This document shows positions 36,976 through 48,865 of a stretch of 64,000 nt of DNA, piece by piece (the first letter of the stretch is position 1; the number at the start of each line of letters is the position of its first letter). Below the pieces are notes generated by a model. That model worked only from the letters and a program-made list of their open reading frames with translations, did not search any database and was not told where the DNA came from. Both the position numbers and the translations under genes were made by a program. Source of the stretch: Octopus sinensis (Eukaryota); assembly GCF_006345805.1 (NCBI RefSeq), contig NC_042998.1, forward strand, positions 72,354,001-72,418,000, given 5' to 3'.

Positions 36976-39339
36976 GCTTATATATATATATGTATATATA
37001 TATCACAAAGTGGAGTTGTAAGGTACCGCACGAGTGGAATTATATATGAGAGAAGATTTGAAAATGTAATTTTAAACGATGTTTATTTACTTTACCGGTT
37101 TCACTTTTTATAAAATGTTTGTCAAAAGTAACATTTAAGAGTTTGGTTGTGTTAATTATTGGTTGTCACAAAATACTACAATACATATAGACATTCATTG
37201 GTAACAAGAACATCTTTAGAACATAAAACAGTTTAACAAGTTCATTTAAATATTGGGCACAAAAGATTACAACATATATATATGTTGCTTGCACATTTTG
37301 AATTTGTTGGTACTGGCAGTCTGAACGGGTCATCTGAGGTGATAAGTCGCCAAAGGGTATGTTCTTTCTTTTTAGTGCTTCCAAATCCAAAATAAGAAAT
37401 GTTGAGCTGACGAAAGAAATGCTGAGTTTATTTGGCTAATCTAGAAACGTTAACGTTCTCAAATAATCTTTGTACTTGTGATATTTTTCTGTTTTTACCT
37501 CCATACCTTCGTGAGTTATTTTGAGTAAACATTATCTGAGAGAAATTTTCTTTAAGTAGTGGAAATGGCTAAAAAACTTTTTTGGCTGCTATTTCTAGAA
37601 AGTTCAGTATGTGGCAAAGTAATTTATTTTACTAAGCCCTAATTATATAATGTAATTATATATATATGTATATATATATATTTCAACAATTGAGGGCAAA
37701 ATTAATTAATTATTAATCAATTTCACCAAGTGTTCAGTATGCAAAGGGACCATTCAAGGCGAATTCAAATTATTACATTATATAAAAGGGCTTAGTAAAA
37801 TAAATTACTTTGCCGCATACTGAACTCATTAGAAATAGCAGCTAAAAAACTTTTTTAAAGCTATTTCTAATACTTAAAGAAAATCTCTCTCATATATAGT
37901 GTTTGCTTAATTCAACTCACAAAAGTTGGGGGTAAGGACATCGAAAAATCAAATGCTAAGGTTATTTGAGAACGTACGTTTCAAGATTAGTCAAAACAAC
38001 ACTTCTATCATCAGCTCAGAAATTCCTTGGTTTGGATTTGGAAACACTGAAAATAAGAACATACCCTTTCGAAGCATTTGATTTTTCGATTGTCCTTACC
38101 CCCAAACTTTTGTGAGTTGAATTAAGCAAACACTATATATGAGAGAGATTTTCTTTAAGTATTAGAAATAGCTTTAAAAAAGTTTTTTAGCTGCTATTTC
38201 TAATGAGTTCAGTATGCGGCAAAGTAATTTATTTTACTAAGCCCTTTTATATAATGTAATAATTTGAATTCGCCTTGAATGGTCCCTTTGCATACTGAAC
38301 ACTTGGTGAAATTGATTAATAATTAATTAATTTTGCCCTCAATTGTTGAAATTATAATTAATCTCCCTCTGATTAATGCTTCGGATTTTACCGAAATAAG
38401 CATAGTGTTTGATGATTTTAACCCACGCTGGTGGAAAGGGGAGAACAGAGATTCTTCGCTTGCTTATTTGAATTTGCTGGCACTGTTAGTTACGAGCAGA
38501 TCTTCGAAAGGGTATGTTCTTATTTTCAGTGTTTCCAAATCCAAACCAAGGAATTTCTGAGCTGATGATAGAAGTGTTGTTTTGACTAATCTTGAAACGT
38601 ACGTTCTCAAATAACCTTAGCATTTGATTTTTCGAGTCCTTACCCCCAAACTTTTGTGAGTTGAATTAAGCAAACGCTATATATGAGAGAGATTTTCTTT
38701 AAGTATTAGAAATAGCTTTAAAAAAGTTTTTTAGCTGCTATTTCTAATGAGTTCAGTATGCGGCAAAGTAATTTATTTTACTAAGCCCTTTTATATAATG
38801 TAATAATTTGAATTCGCCTTGAATGGTCCCTTTGCATACTGAACACTTGGTGAAATTGATTAATAATTAATTAATTTTGCCCTCAATTGTTGAAATTATA
38901 ATTAATCTCCCTCTGATTAATGCTTCGGATTTTACCGAAATAAGCATAGTGTTGATGATTTTAACCCACGCTGGTGGAAGGGGAGAACAGAGATTCTTCG
39001 CTTGCTTATTTGAATTTGCTGGCACTGTTAGTACGAGCAGATCTTCGAAAGGGTTATGTTCTTATTTTCAGTGTTTCCAAATCCAAACCAAGGAATTCGA
39101 GATGATGATGATAGAAGTGTGTGTTTTGACTAATCTTGAAACGTACGTTCTCAAATAACCTTAGCATTTGATTTTTCGATGTCCTTACCCCCAAACTTTT
39201 GTGAGTTGAATTAAGCAAACACTATATATGAGAGAGATTTTCTTAAGTATTAGAAATAGCTTTAAAAAAGTTTTTTAGCTGCTATTTCTAATGAGTTCAG
39301 TATGCGGCAAAGTAATTTATTTTACTAAGCCCTTTTATA

Positions 39340-39387
<48 letters not shown>

Positions 39388-39639
39388 TCAAGAAAAATGT
39401 TAAAGATAGTTTCCAGAAGGAACTATTAAAAATTTCAGTGGAATATTGGTATTGTATCTGTATATACATACACGCACAGAATATTATAAGTTAAAAAAAG
39501 TTTATATTATAGTAGTAGGGAAGCTTAAAACTGACCGGGTCCATCATGCTATCGTGGTGGACGTTTCAATATATATATATACATATTTACATATATTTAT
39601 AAATATATATATATGTATATGTATGTATAAACACTACAC

Positions 39640-39780
39640 ATTCTTTATTTTCTCTCATTGTTTCTTTCTATGTTCCTTTCTTTGGAAGCGCATAGGCTCA
39701 GAACGTTAAAGACTTTTCATTTCTCGAGCATTAAACTAATACATCTGTTTGTCGTCTACATCACCTGTCTTCGTCATATA
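39640..39780 (+). repeat. Decayed solo copy of the Penelope pLTR-like repeat seen at 52040-52275
   Basis: GGAAGCGCATAGGCTCAGAACGTTAAAGACTTTTC...CTAATACATCTGTTTG...CACCTGTCTTCGTC aligns with 52153-52250; ends at (TA)n. Confidence 0.6.
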
Positions 39781-39867
39781 TATATATGTATATATGTGTC
39801 TGTGTGTGTGTGTATGTATGTATATATATACATATATAATACGTACATGTATGTATATATATATTTA

Positions 39868-39923
<56 letters not shown>

Positions 39924-42900
39924 ATATATTATATATATCTAATATCTAATAATCCACCAGTTTCAAATATGGATATATATTCTATAGAGATTTTACGGGG
40001 TATTGATTATAAGATTCGTCTTAGATATAGCTTAAGAGTTGCAAAAATGTCCGTCTTTCTATCACAAAGACATTATACCTATATAAATATTAATTAAATA
40101 TGCAACTTATCTGCAAACCATATATTAACATCCTTTCCAAAATTATGAAATTATTCCAAAGTTTGGAATGTCATCAAAACCAGATTTCTCTAAAATAAAA
40201 TATTGTATTGAACAATATTTATTCTGTCGGGAATGTGTAAATAAGGCTTATTGAAACCAAAACACATATCTGCATACACACGGATACATACACATATATG
40301 CGTATATACATGCATTTATGTGTGATTGCGTTTATATTTGTATATGTCCATGATATATACATATATATGTGTTTTTGTATATGTATATATGTAATTATAT
40401 ATATGCATATGTGTGTGTATGCATGCGCATTTACATTTATACGGTTTTGGTAGTATGTGTGTATCATAGCCAGACCAATTATATTAATCAATAGGAAATG
40501 GCGAGATATGATTTGAATATGAAATTGGCCATGTTTGTAAATGTATCTACCTTTCTGTCAGAGCCGCTTGATTGAATACTTGGCAAGTATATCATAACTC
40601 AGACTTCGTACAATAAGTTATATATCAATGCGCTGTTAGAAATTCTTGCCAAAATCCTGACGTCAACTTCTAATGTTGAATCAGAACAAATAGCATTTAG
40701 GCACGGTTGGCATAAATCCATTTCCCAGGTTAGAGAGTTAGAGTGGTGAAATATTCCAAGTGTAAAGTTATGTAAGGTATATGGTAATAATATCCTGTTT
40801 CCACTCTATAGCCGTAAAATACAGATGCAGAAGTAACATTCACATGAAAATATAATAATAAATAATTGGTTTGTTTAAAATTATGTTGCTTGTTGGAATG
40901 AAAACTTGAAAGCAAATCCTCACAAATAATTATATTGAATGTCGGAGGAGTTTTTCCGCAAAAGCGGAGTACATGTGTGCTATTATTGGTAAATATGTAT
41001 TTCGGGAAAATTATTTTGTTCATGATATTTTATTAGATATTTAGTTAAGGAAACTCCGATGGCTTTGCATTACAACTTGTTAAGATTTGTGTATAAATAT
41101 GAGAGCGGAACACAGACAGAATTAAGATGACCGAGTTGGCAAAATATTCAAAGAACTCCATTAGCCCGAAATCTTATTCACTGTTGGTGAATAGCTGTAA
41201 ACGTTAACAATGCATGTATTTCTCCACATGCGAGGAGGGGTTAAAATATAATCAGTGAATATGGCGACCCAAACGGAATTCAAACAAATGGTCTTGCTCT
41301 GTTTTTTTGTATAATGTTGCATTTTCAATCATGATGCTTACACGCTGTTATTTTGAATATAAAACCTCAAGTGAAAAGACATTCCGAAACACACAACTCG
41401 TATGTTAGTGTAATAATAATTCCGTAAGAAGAATTGAGTACGATTAATAAAAATGTTTCCTTAATAAATTGAATATCATATGAACCTTTTACGTGATTTA
41501 CAGTGGTTGCATTCACGAGGTTTGGTCCTGATGCGTGTGTCCTATTGAAAAGATAAATTTCAGTGCGACATGTGACACCAAGCCATTTGAACGAACTTGG
41601 TTTATTGGAAACTGAGCCAAAACCCATTTGATGGATTTTAGTTTAAAAGAACAGTCTTAGCTCAGTGAAACACTGTTTCCTCTTGATAAATAGTTTAAGG
41701 ATATATATCTGTGGAATATTTAACATTTGCACGTTAATTTTAAAAAGCCTAACAAGAAGTAGACATAATGATAATAGAAAAGCTTTCGTGCTGTAAAATT
41801 ACACATGTTAACATTCATATAAATTTCCTTACAATAAATATGATTCCGTCATGGAGTAGAACGTAAATATTAGAATTGTCGGAGAACGTTATAAAGATGT
41901 TGTTTTAAAGTACATTTCGTTGTATTGATTTCAATGAATCTCAAACGCAGTTATAAAATAGGTTACCTGAAAACTGATTAAAGTAACGCGTCACCTGGTC
42001 GTGTAAAGCAAGTCGATGTCTTTTTAGTGACAAACAAGAAATACAACTGCATAAGATTTACATTTTGAAGTGCAAAATGTCCGTAATTCCATAGATAATG
42101 AATTTTAAACGCACACTCGAATCAAACAAAAAAGAATTAAACTGATTATAATGAGTAAAAATAACAAGTCAGATTTAATTCCAGAAGATACAAACTATTT
42201 GCAACCTTTTATTTCGATATTATTGTAAAGTTTATACTATATCAATTTCAACTAAGCTGGGTGAAAAATCAAGGTTACTTTATACAAGAAGAGTTTTATT
42301 TAGTAATTGATTTAAAATATATATAACGCTTTTCGTGTGTTACTTACATTGGCGTTTTTACATATTTAACAGTAACGTGTGTCTAACATTCATGAAACAA
42401 TTCGTATAAAAACAAGCGATGAATTTCAGCACATTCTGCTAGCAAGTAATCTGTGTTTAAATTTTTTCTATATTTTATGTTTGATGTTTCTATGTCAGCT
42501 GATAGAAAAATTCTATCCAATTTAGTGTCATTTTCCCATCCTGCAATATATCAATTTTTAGAGCTTGTTACGAGTTTCAACTACATATAGCAAAAAAATT
42601 GGACTTTTCTGAAAGGAAGCAATTTAGAAATGATTTTCTGAGTTGCAAAAGAGAATTTTTGCCTCTTTTCTTATACGCACTGAATTTTCTTTGACTAAGT
42701 TTGATAGCATTAGGACATTAGGATATAATATGCAGCATTTTAAGATTAAAGATTTTTTTTCGCCGATTACCTATTTCGTTTCTTTTAGGGGGTGGGGGAG
42801 TTTCTCAACAAATTTGCAAGATCGATATTACTGTAACCAGTCAATGGCTCAATTTTATATTGATATACGCTATATGAATGTATATCACGGCAAATGTTCT

Positions 42901-42987
42901 GGTATGATTAATGTCTGTATATATACATATGTGTGCGTCAATGTGAGTGTGTGTGTGTGTGCATAGTTATACACCTGTGTATGCATG

Positions 42988-43090
<103 letters not shown>

Positions 43091-43924
43091 GCATACAGGC
43101 ATAGAGAGAGACACACACATATACACTGAAATACTACGAAATGTGATAGAGAGATAGACATACAGGTAGAGAGAGTGGGCGATTGGTTTACCAATCAAAT
43201 TATAATGCAGATTTGGTAGCCATATACCACAAACTTATTTAGAGATGTTGCTGGTATTTGTTTCAAGTGTAATTGTGAATGCAACCAAAATTCTGCCAGA
43301 TAACGCAGTATAAATCGTACAATATTATGAGTACGCGGCTGACAAAATTTGAAACCGGTATTATAAGAACGTAGGTAACAAAATTGTTGATATTTTGATA
43401 TAAGCAAACAATTAACGCAGACATAGGATGAAGTATTGTTGACACTAAGGAAATAAAGAACACGACACAGTATAACAAGACTATTTGCATTTCAATTCAT
43501 AGTCATAGTTATTTTAAGAAATATATTGATAATGTTTTTAGTTATCTAGTATAAACATGTCCCATATAAAGTGTACTGTTTCCCATCTCAACGTGCAGCT
43601 GACTAAACAATTTTAACGGGATTGAATGTCAATTATCAGGACCATATTTAAATACCTATGCGCAAAGATACAAGGAGTGTAGCTGCCTGTGTTGCAAACA
43701 TTTGCTGTATATGGTAGTAATATGAATACAGTATTTCATATGCATTGGATAGCTATAACATGGGCCTAACATCGGATTATATATTTATAATATCTAAATT
43801 TATTATAAGTTATTGTTCACAAATGTATTTTTACCTTCAACAAAAGAATGAGTTACTATATTATTATTACAATCCAAGTGTATGAAATTTGTAAATAGAT
43901 GTAGCTATAGGTGAAAAGGGACTA

Positions 43925-44175
43925 CAAATTCATGTGAATGGAAATGTCAAAGGAGTTGATACAGTCACCACTGCAGAGAACCTGAACGGTTATGTTGTCG
44001 TGTAAAAGTCTTACCAGTGTGGTGAACTTTCGTGGGCAGCCTAGCTTAGTTTTGAGGGTCCAGAAAGCCTCCCTGTTGATTGTGTCGAATGCTTTCGTCA
44101 AGTCTATGAACACTGAATAGAAATCCATCAGAGAGGTGTTTCAGTGAGGTATGAAGACGGCTGACGTTTTCGACA
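43925..44175 (-). mobile_element. Decayed RTE reverse transcriptase fragment
   Basis: VFIDLTKAFDTINREAFW...KLGCPRKF..LVRLLHD, homologous to 45420-45644. Confidence 0.75.
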
Positions 44176-45419
44176 CAGGATATGTAATAGAGTGACCAAG
44201 TAAAAGCTGGTCAATGGCTAAAAGCTATGGACATGAAATATGAGAATAATGTGAATAGTGTAGGGTTCGAAATCGACGAGAGCAGATTACGATGTACTTT
44301 GTATTTTGATCTATGACAGGATTGAAAGGAAGTACTGTGTGTATGTATCTTATTCAACGACGCGAACACCTACTCAACAGTTACACAGGCATTAAAATCA
44401 CGAAAGTGAATCTAAGATTTAAGAGATGAAAGTACAGAAATCGTTGTCTCATATGAATATGAATATTATTATAGACTAAAAATGTATTATTTATTAATTG
44501 CTGAATTGTATTGCAGAAGTGTCTAAAATAAAGCTACATTATATCGAGTACGTATACCAGTGGATGTTGAAGAATCTAATATGAAAACGAACGTTTGTTC
44601 GTCGAATTGGCAGCTTGTTTCTGAGCATAAAGAGGGGAAAACACAATGTAGTGCGAACTAAATAGGCATTTACCCAAGAAGCTTTGTGGTAAATCATTTG
44701 TTTCTGAATTGAATGTGAGGAACATTATTGGGAAATAAAACAGGTATTCTTGGAACCACTCACGCAAACGTGAAGCGGTTATGGATTTATATAGCGCATC
44801 AAAATGGTCTCTCATAAAAACAGTGTGTCAGGGTAGTAAGATTGAGACAGAAATGGTTAAAATATAAACATTGAACTTGGAGTTAAGGTGCAGGGGAAAT
44901 GTTGCAATGTATGCAGGAATACGTGGCCGTCGATGGTGCGCGTTCAGGGTGAAAAATCCTCATGTACACAATGTCACTCTGGCATCATAATCTAATTTGT
45001 TTTGTAAATGCACACGTTTTAACAAATGCATTTCATGTATAATAATGGAAATGCTAGTGTACGCCATTTAATATATTTTATATTAAAACGTTGAGAATAT
45101 ATTCCTGTATTATAAAATGAATCCGTTGCACTGCGAAAACTGTAATGATAACTGATTGTGCGCTATAAAATTGAAAGGAAGAGAAAGAGAGCTTCAAATG
45201 TACCCTACTGTTACGTGCACACATACACAGATATAGTGAAGACAATTAGCTAAATACGTATGTATATGTATGTTTGTATGAGTGTTAGAGAGAAAGATAG
45301 TGTATGTATTTGTATGTGTGTGCGTGTGCATTTGTGTGTGTGTTTGTGTATGTGCGTATGCGCGCGCGTGAATGTGTATGTACGCACGCCCAGGACTACG
45401 TAATTAACTGCGTGAACAA

Positions 45420-46400
45420 GTTGAAATAGGTGGGGGCTAAAACGCAGCCCTAATTCATGTCAATGGAGATGTCAAAGCAGTTGGTGCAGCCACCACTGCA
45501 GAGAACCTGACCGGTTATGTTTTCCTGGAAAAGTGTGGTGAACTTGCGTGGGCAGTCTAGCTTAGTTATGAGGGTTCAGAAAGCTTCCCTGTGATTGCGT
45601 CGAATGATTTCGTCAAGTGTATGAACACTGAAAACAAATCCATCAATTTTACAATTGTTCACTTTGATTTGATGCATAGAAAACAGCCTTCTTGGCAGCA
45701 CAATATCAACCGATGCATCACTGGACAGCGAAATCTCAACCAAAATTCTCAAGTACAGCCAAGCACTCGGAAGTTTGAAAGTGAAAGTCCTGCAGAAAGG
45801 CATCATATTATCAAAAAAGTTCAAGGTTTGCAAGGCATTAGTTCTCTCTACCCTATTCTATTGATGGACCCCATACAGCCGCAAATCAAACAGCTGAAAC
45901 AGTTTCACAGAAGAGCACAGCGCAAAATCATGGTCAGTTACAAGGAGGACAGAACGACAAACGAAGAAATTCTGAATAGGACTGATTCAATAAGCATTGA
46001 GTCAATGCTGCTCAAACATCAGTTACGTTGGACTGGCCAGGTCATCAGAATGATTAACAACTGTGTGCCTATGAGATACTGTATGGCGAGCCCACGCAGA
46101 ACTTACGCAAACAATGAATACTTAAATTGAGGTACCAAGATACCCAGTAAAGTAACCTCAAATGGCGCGGTATTAGTCTATGCGAACCGGAAGCCGTTTT
46201 TACAGATAGATCAGCGTGGAAGTCTCTCACATCGCAAGCATCAGCTGCCTTCAAAGAGGATCGGTGAGAGCGTCCGCCGCAATCGAGACAACAGACTAAC
46301 TTTGTGGAACATATTTGTGCCTGTGTATCTCCAACTTTGGATACGGAATCGCATTCGCTCACCTCGTTGAGACTGTCATCGTCGGACACCGATAGGCTAT
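45420..46400. mobile_element. Decayed RTE LINE with an inverted 5' segment (45420-45644 minus, about 45660-46400 plus)
   Basis: The minus part spans the DLTK.FD to GCVLAPT motifs. The plus part has LGSTISTDASLDSEI, TNEEILNR..SISIESMLLKHQLRWTGQVIRM. Confidence 0.7.
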
Positions 46401-46639
46401 GTAAGGTATGTATGTCTTTATTCAGTTTATTTGCAGATCTCTTGCCAATAGAGAAAGAACCGGTTTCTAACCTTGACCCAAGGCTCCTCATTGGAATTTG
46501 AGCATCTGCAGCAGTGTATTTTTGTATGTATATATTCATATATGTATGTATCGATGTATGTAATGTAAGTATGTATCCATATATGTATGCATGTATGTAT
46601 GTGCAAATTTGTATGTTTTATGTATGTATTCTAATGGAT

Positions 46640-47692
46640 ATAGTTGCATATCTAGAAATAATGCATATATAGTTAAATGATAAACTTCTGGAGAGTTTTA
46701 CAGAATTTTACATTTTCAGTGAAGGATTGGACCAGTAGTCTTCGAATTAGCTTTCTCCTCTCTGTTTTGTATAGCCTAATTTCTCAAGATTGGTATTTAG
46801 GCAGTATGTAGCATATCCCATGACCCCAATAATTACAAGTATAAACCTGAACTTGTAAACTAGATAGAGTAACTACAAATTTCTCAATAGTTCAGCATAA
46901 GTGTTCTCTTTTTCACTGATCCTCAGTTTATGATTACATCCACAACTGTGCATAGTTTCTCTTCTATATATCTCAATTATTATATCAGGTCTCTTGTGCT
47001 TACATTTTATAGAGGTCTTCCCTGGGACATTCCACCAATATTCCTTTTCATTATGAGTGACTACAACTTCTACCATATTGTGGGTTCCTATTTATTTGTC
47101 CTCAGGATGATCCTTCCGACGGATCTCATCATAGACTGTCCTAGGTATAATATCATGTCTCATCTGTAGACACTTCCATGATGATATTTTCAGACAACTG
47201 CTTATGCTGTTGGTGATATCTTCAGTGTGAACTCCACATCTGCATCGTTTGTCACATTTTACTGCTTTTCCTGCACCTCTATCCTCTTTGTGCATCAGGT
47301 ACTTGTTTAATATTTCCTGTTCCATGACTGCATACGCATACCCTTCAAAGTAACCTGGCTATTGGTCCATGATAATCTGCTTTGATGATCGATGTTACTA
47401 TCATCACGGAACTTTCTACTAACATATCCATGCAGAGTCTTCTGCTCATATAGTCTCATCCTTTGATCTGACGATACGTTGCGGCAGAGTCTTGGGATTT
47501 CTTTGGGCATGTATCCTAGGTTATCAGACAAAGAATGTTGCTCAAAGTGCTAGTTTCCAAGTCTTATGATATTATCAGCCTCATATATGCAAACGTGGTC
47601 AAAGGATGCGGTTCGACATTTCGTGCTTAAAAGATGGTGCCAAAGGGATATAATGCAAATTTCAAAGGCATTTTGGATTGATGTTAAGCCTC
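46640..47692 (-). mobile_element. Decayed RLE retrotransposon, family D, 3' part
   Basis: EQKTLHGY, CRCG..TEDITNSISSC, MRHD, YWWNVP..T..KCKHKRPDII; flanked by (TATG)-rich tracts. Confidence 0.7.
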
Positions 47693-47796
47693 TATGTATG
47701 TATGTATGTATGTATGTATGTATGTATGTATGTATGTATGTATGTATGTATGCATGTATGTATGTATGTACGTATGTATGTATGAATGTATGTATG

Positions 47797-47828
<32 letters not shown>

Positions 47829-47915
47829 TGTATGTATGCATGTATGTATGTATGTATGTATGTATGTATGCATGTATGTATGTATGTACGTATGTATGTA
47901 TGAATGTATGTATGT
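47693..47915. repeat. (TATG)n microsatellite
   Basis: Direct reading; explains the MYVC/HTYI ORFs. Confidence 0.95.
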
Positions 47916-48865
47916 ATACACACACAAACGCACATACATATTTATATATACGCATATACATGCATATATATATGTGCATACATACAGGCATGATTACATA
48001 CATACATGCATACATACAGCAGATGGACATACGGTCAGGCAGACTGGCAAACAGACAGACAGACGGGCAGACAGGTAGATAGATGGATTGATTGATATCA
48101 GAAGCATCAAATATGTAAATTTCTAGTTATTGATGTATATAACTATGTATTTGTATATTATTGTTTATGCCTTTTTAAGTAATAGTCACTGAAAAACAAT
48201 CCGTAATATTTAAGGTGGAATGTAGAAAGGCATTTATATTGAGCATTGGTGCAAATAATTCATCGGTAACACAGTTATTTAAAACTTAGCCTCGTTTATA
48301 TTGCATGGTAAGAGTCGATGAAAATATTGAAAGAGAAAAATAATGATTTTTTTTTTGTTTCAAATAGGAGAGAACTAATTATTTCTGGTAACTATATTTA
48401 ACACTATTGGATAGAAAATGGCCATTTAAATAATGTGAATACGTAGTGTTGCGTTGACAATTGTTGTTTTGGAAACAACTTTGCATGGAAGAAAATTGAA
48501 GAAGATGTAGTGCTTATTATACCAAAATCGAAATACAATATCAACAGGGAAGAAATAGTTACAATGTGTAAGGGTAGAAAACGTGAAAAACCATTATTTT
48601 CCAAAACACAAAATAATAACAGAAAATAATGCGCGTTGTAGCTGTTATGAATATTATTTTTCTCTCATTGGTTATAGTACGTAATGGATTTCATGATCTA
48701 ATTTTTTTTGGTTTCAACCAAAGATACTGTTTCCCGTTGTTGAAGAATTATGATTTTTTAAATTTTATTTTATGAACGACTTTTAGCGTGGTCACAATAT
48801 TTTCTGAGTACGTAATAATACACGTAAAGCATTTAACCAAAGCTGGGATATTAGAGTACGCATGG

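Larger units (their letters stand above)
34563..39345. repeat. Tandem duplication of a ~2.4-kb higher-order block (about 34563-36945 and 36965-39345)
   Basis: Landmarks recur at offsets of 2399-2406. Each block is repeat X, diverged unit Y', inverted partial Y, then about 2.3 tandem 544-bp Y units, bounded by (TA)n. Confidence 0.95.

Noticed and set aside
35927-39158. Identical 75-aa and 62-aa ORFs repeated in the 544-bp units
   Set aside because: They start at TTG or sit in AT-rich sequence, have no recognisable motif, and their identity simply reflects the DNA repeat; the last copy is frameshifted.
35668-39335. Regular repeats as a CRISPR-like array
   Set aside because: Units are wholly repeated with no unique spacers, and the DNA is eukaryotic with no cas genes.
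41367-41627. 86-aa ORF with a hydrophobic stretch as a receptor exon
   Set aside because: No family motif or convincing splice sites; expected by chance in AT-rich DNA.
44576-44815. LREWFQEYLFYFP resembling a pogo/Tigger DDE segment
   Set aside because: No catalytic Asp motif or terminal repeats nearby.
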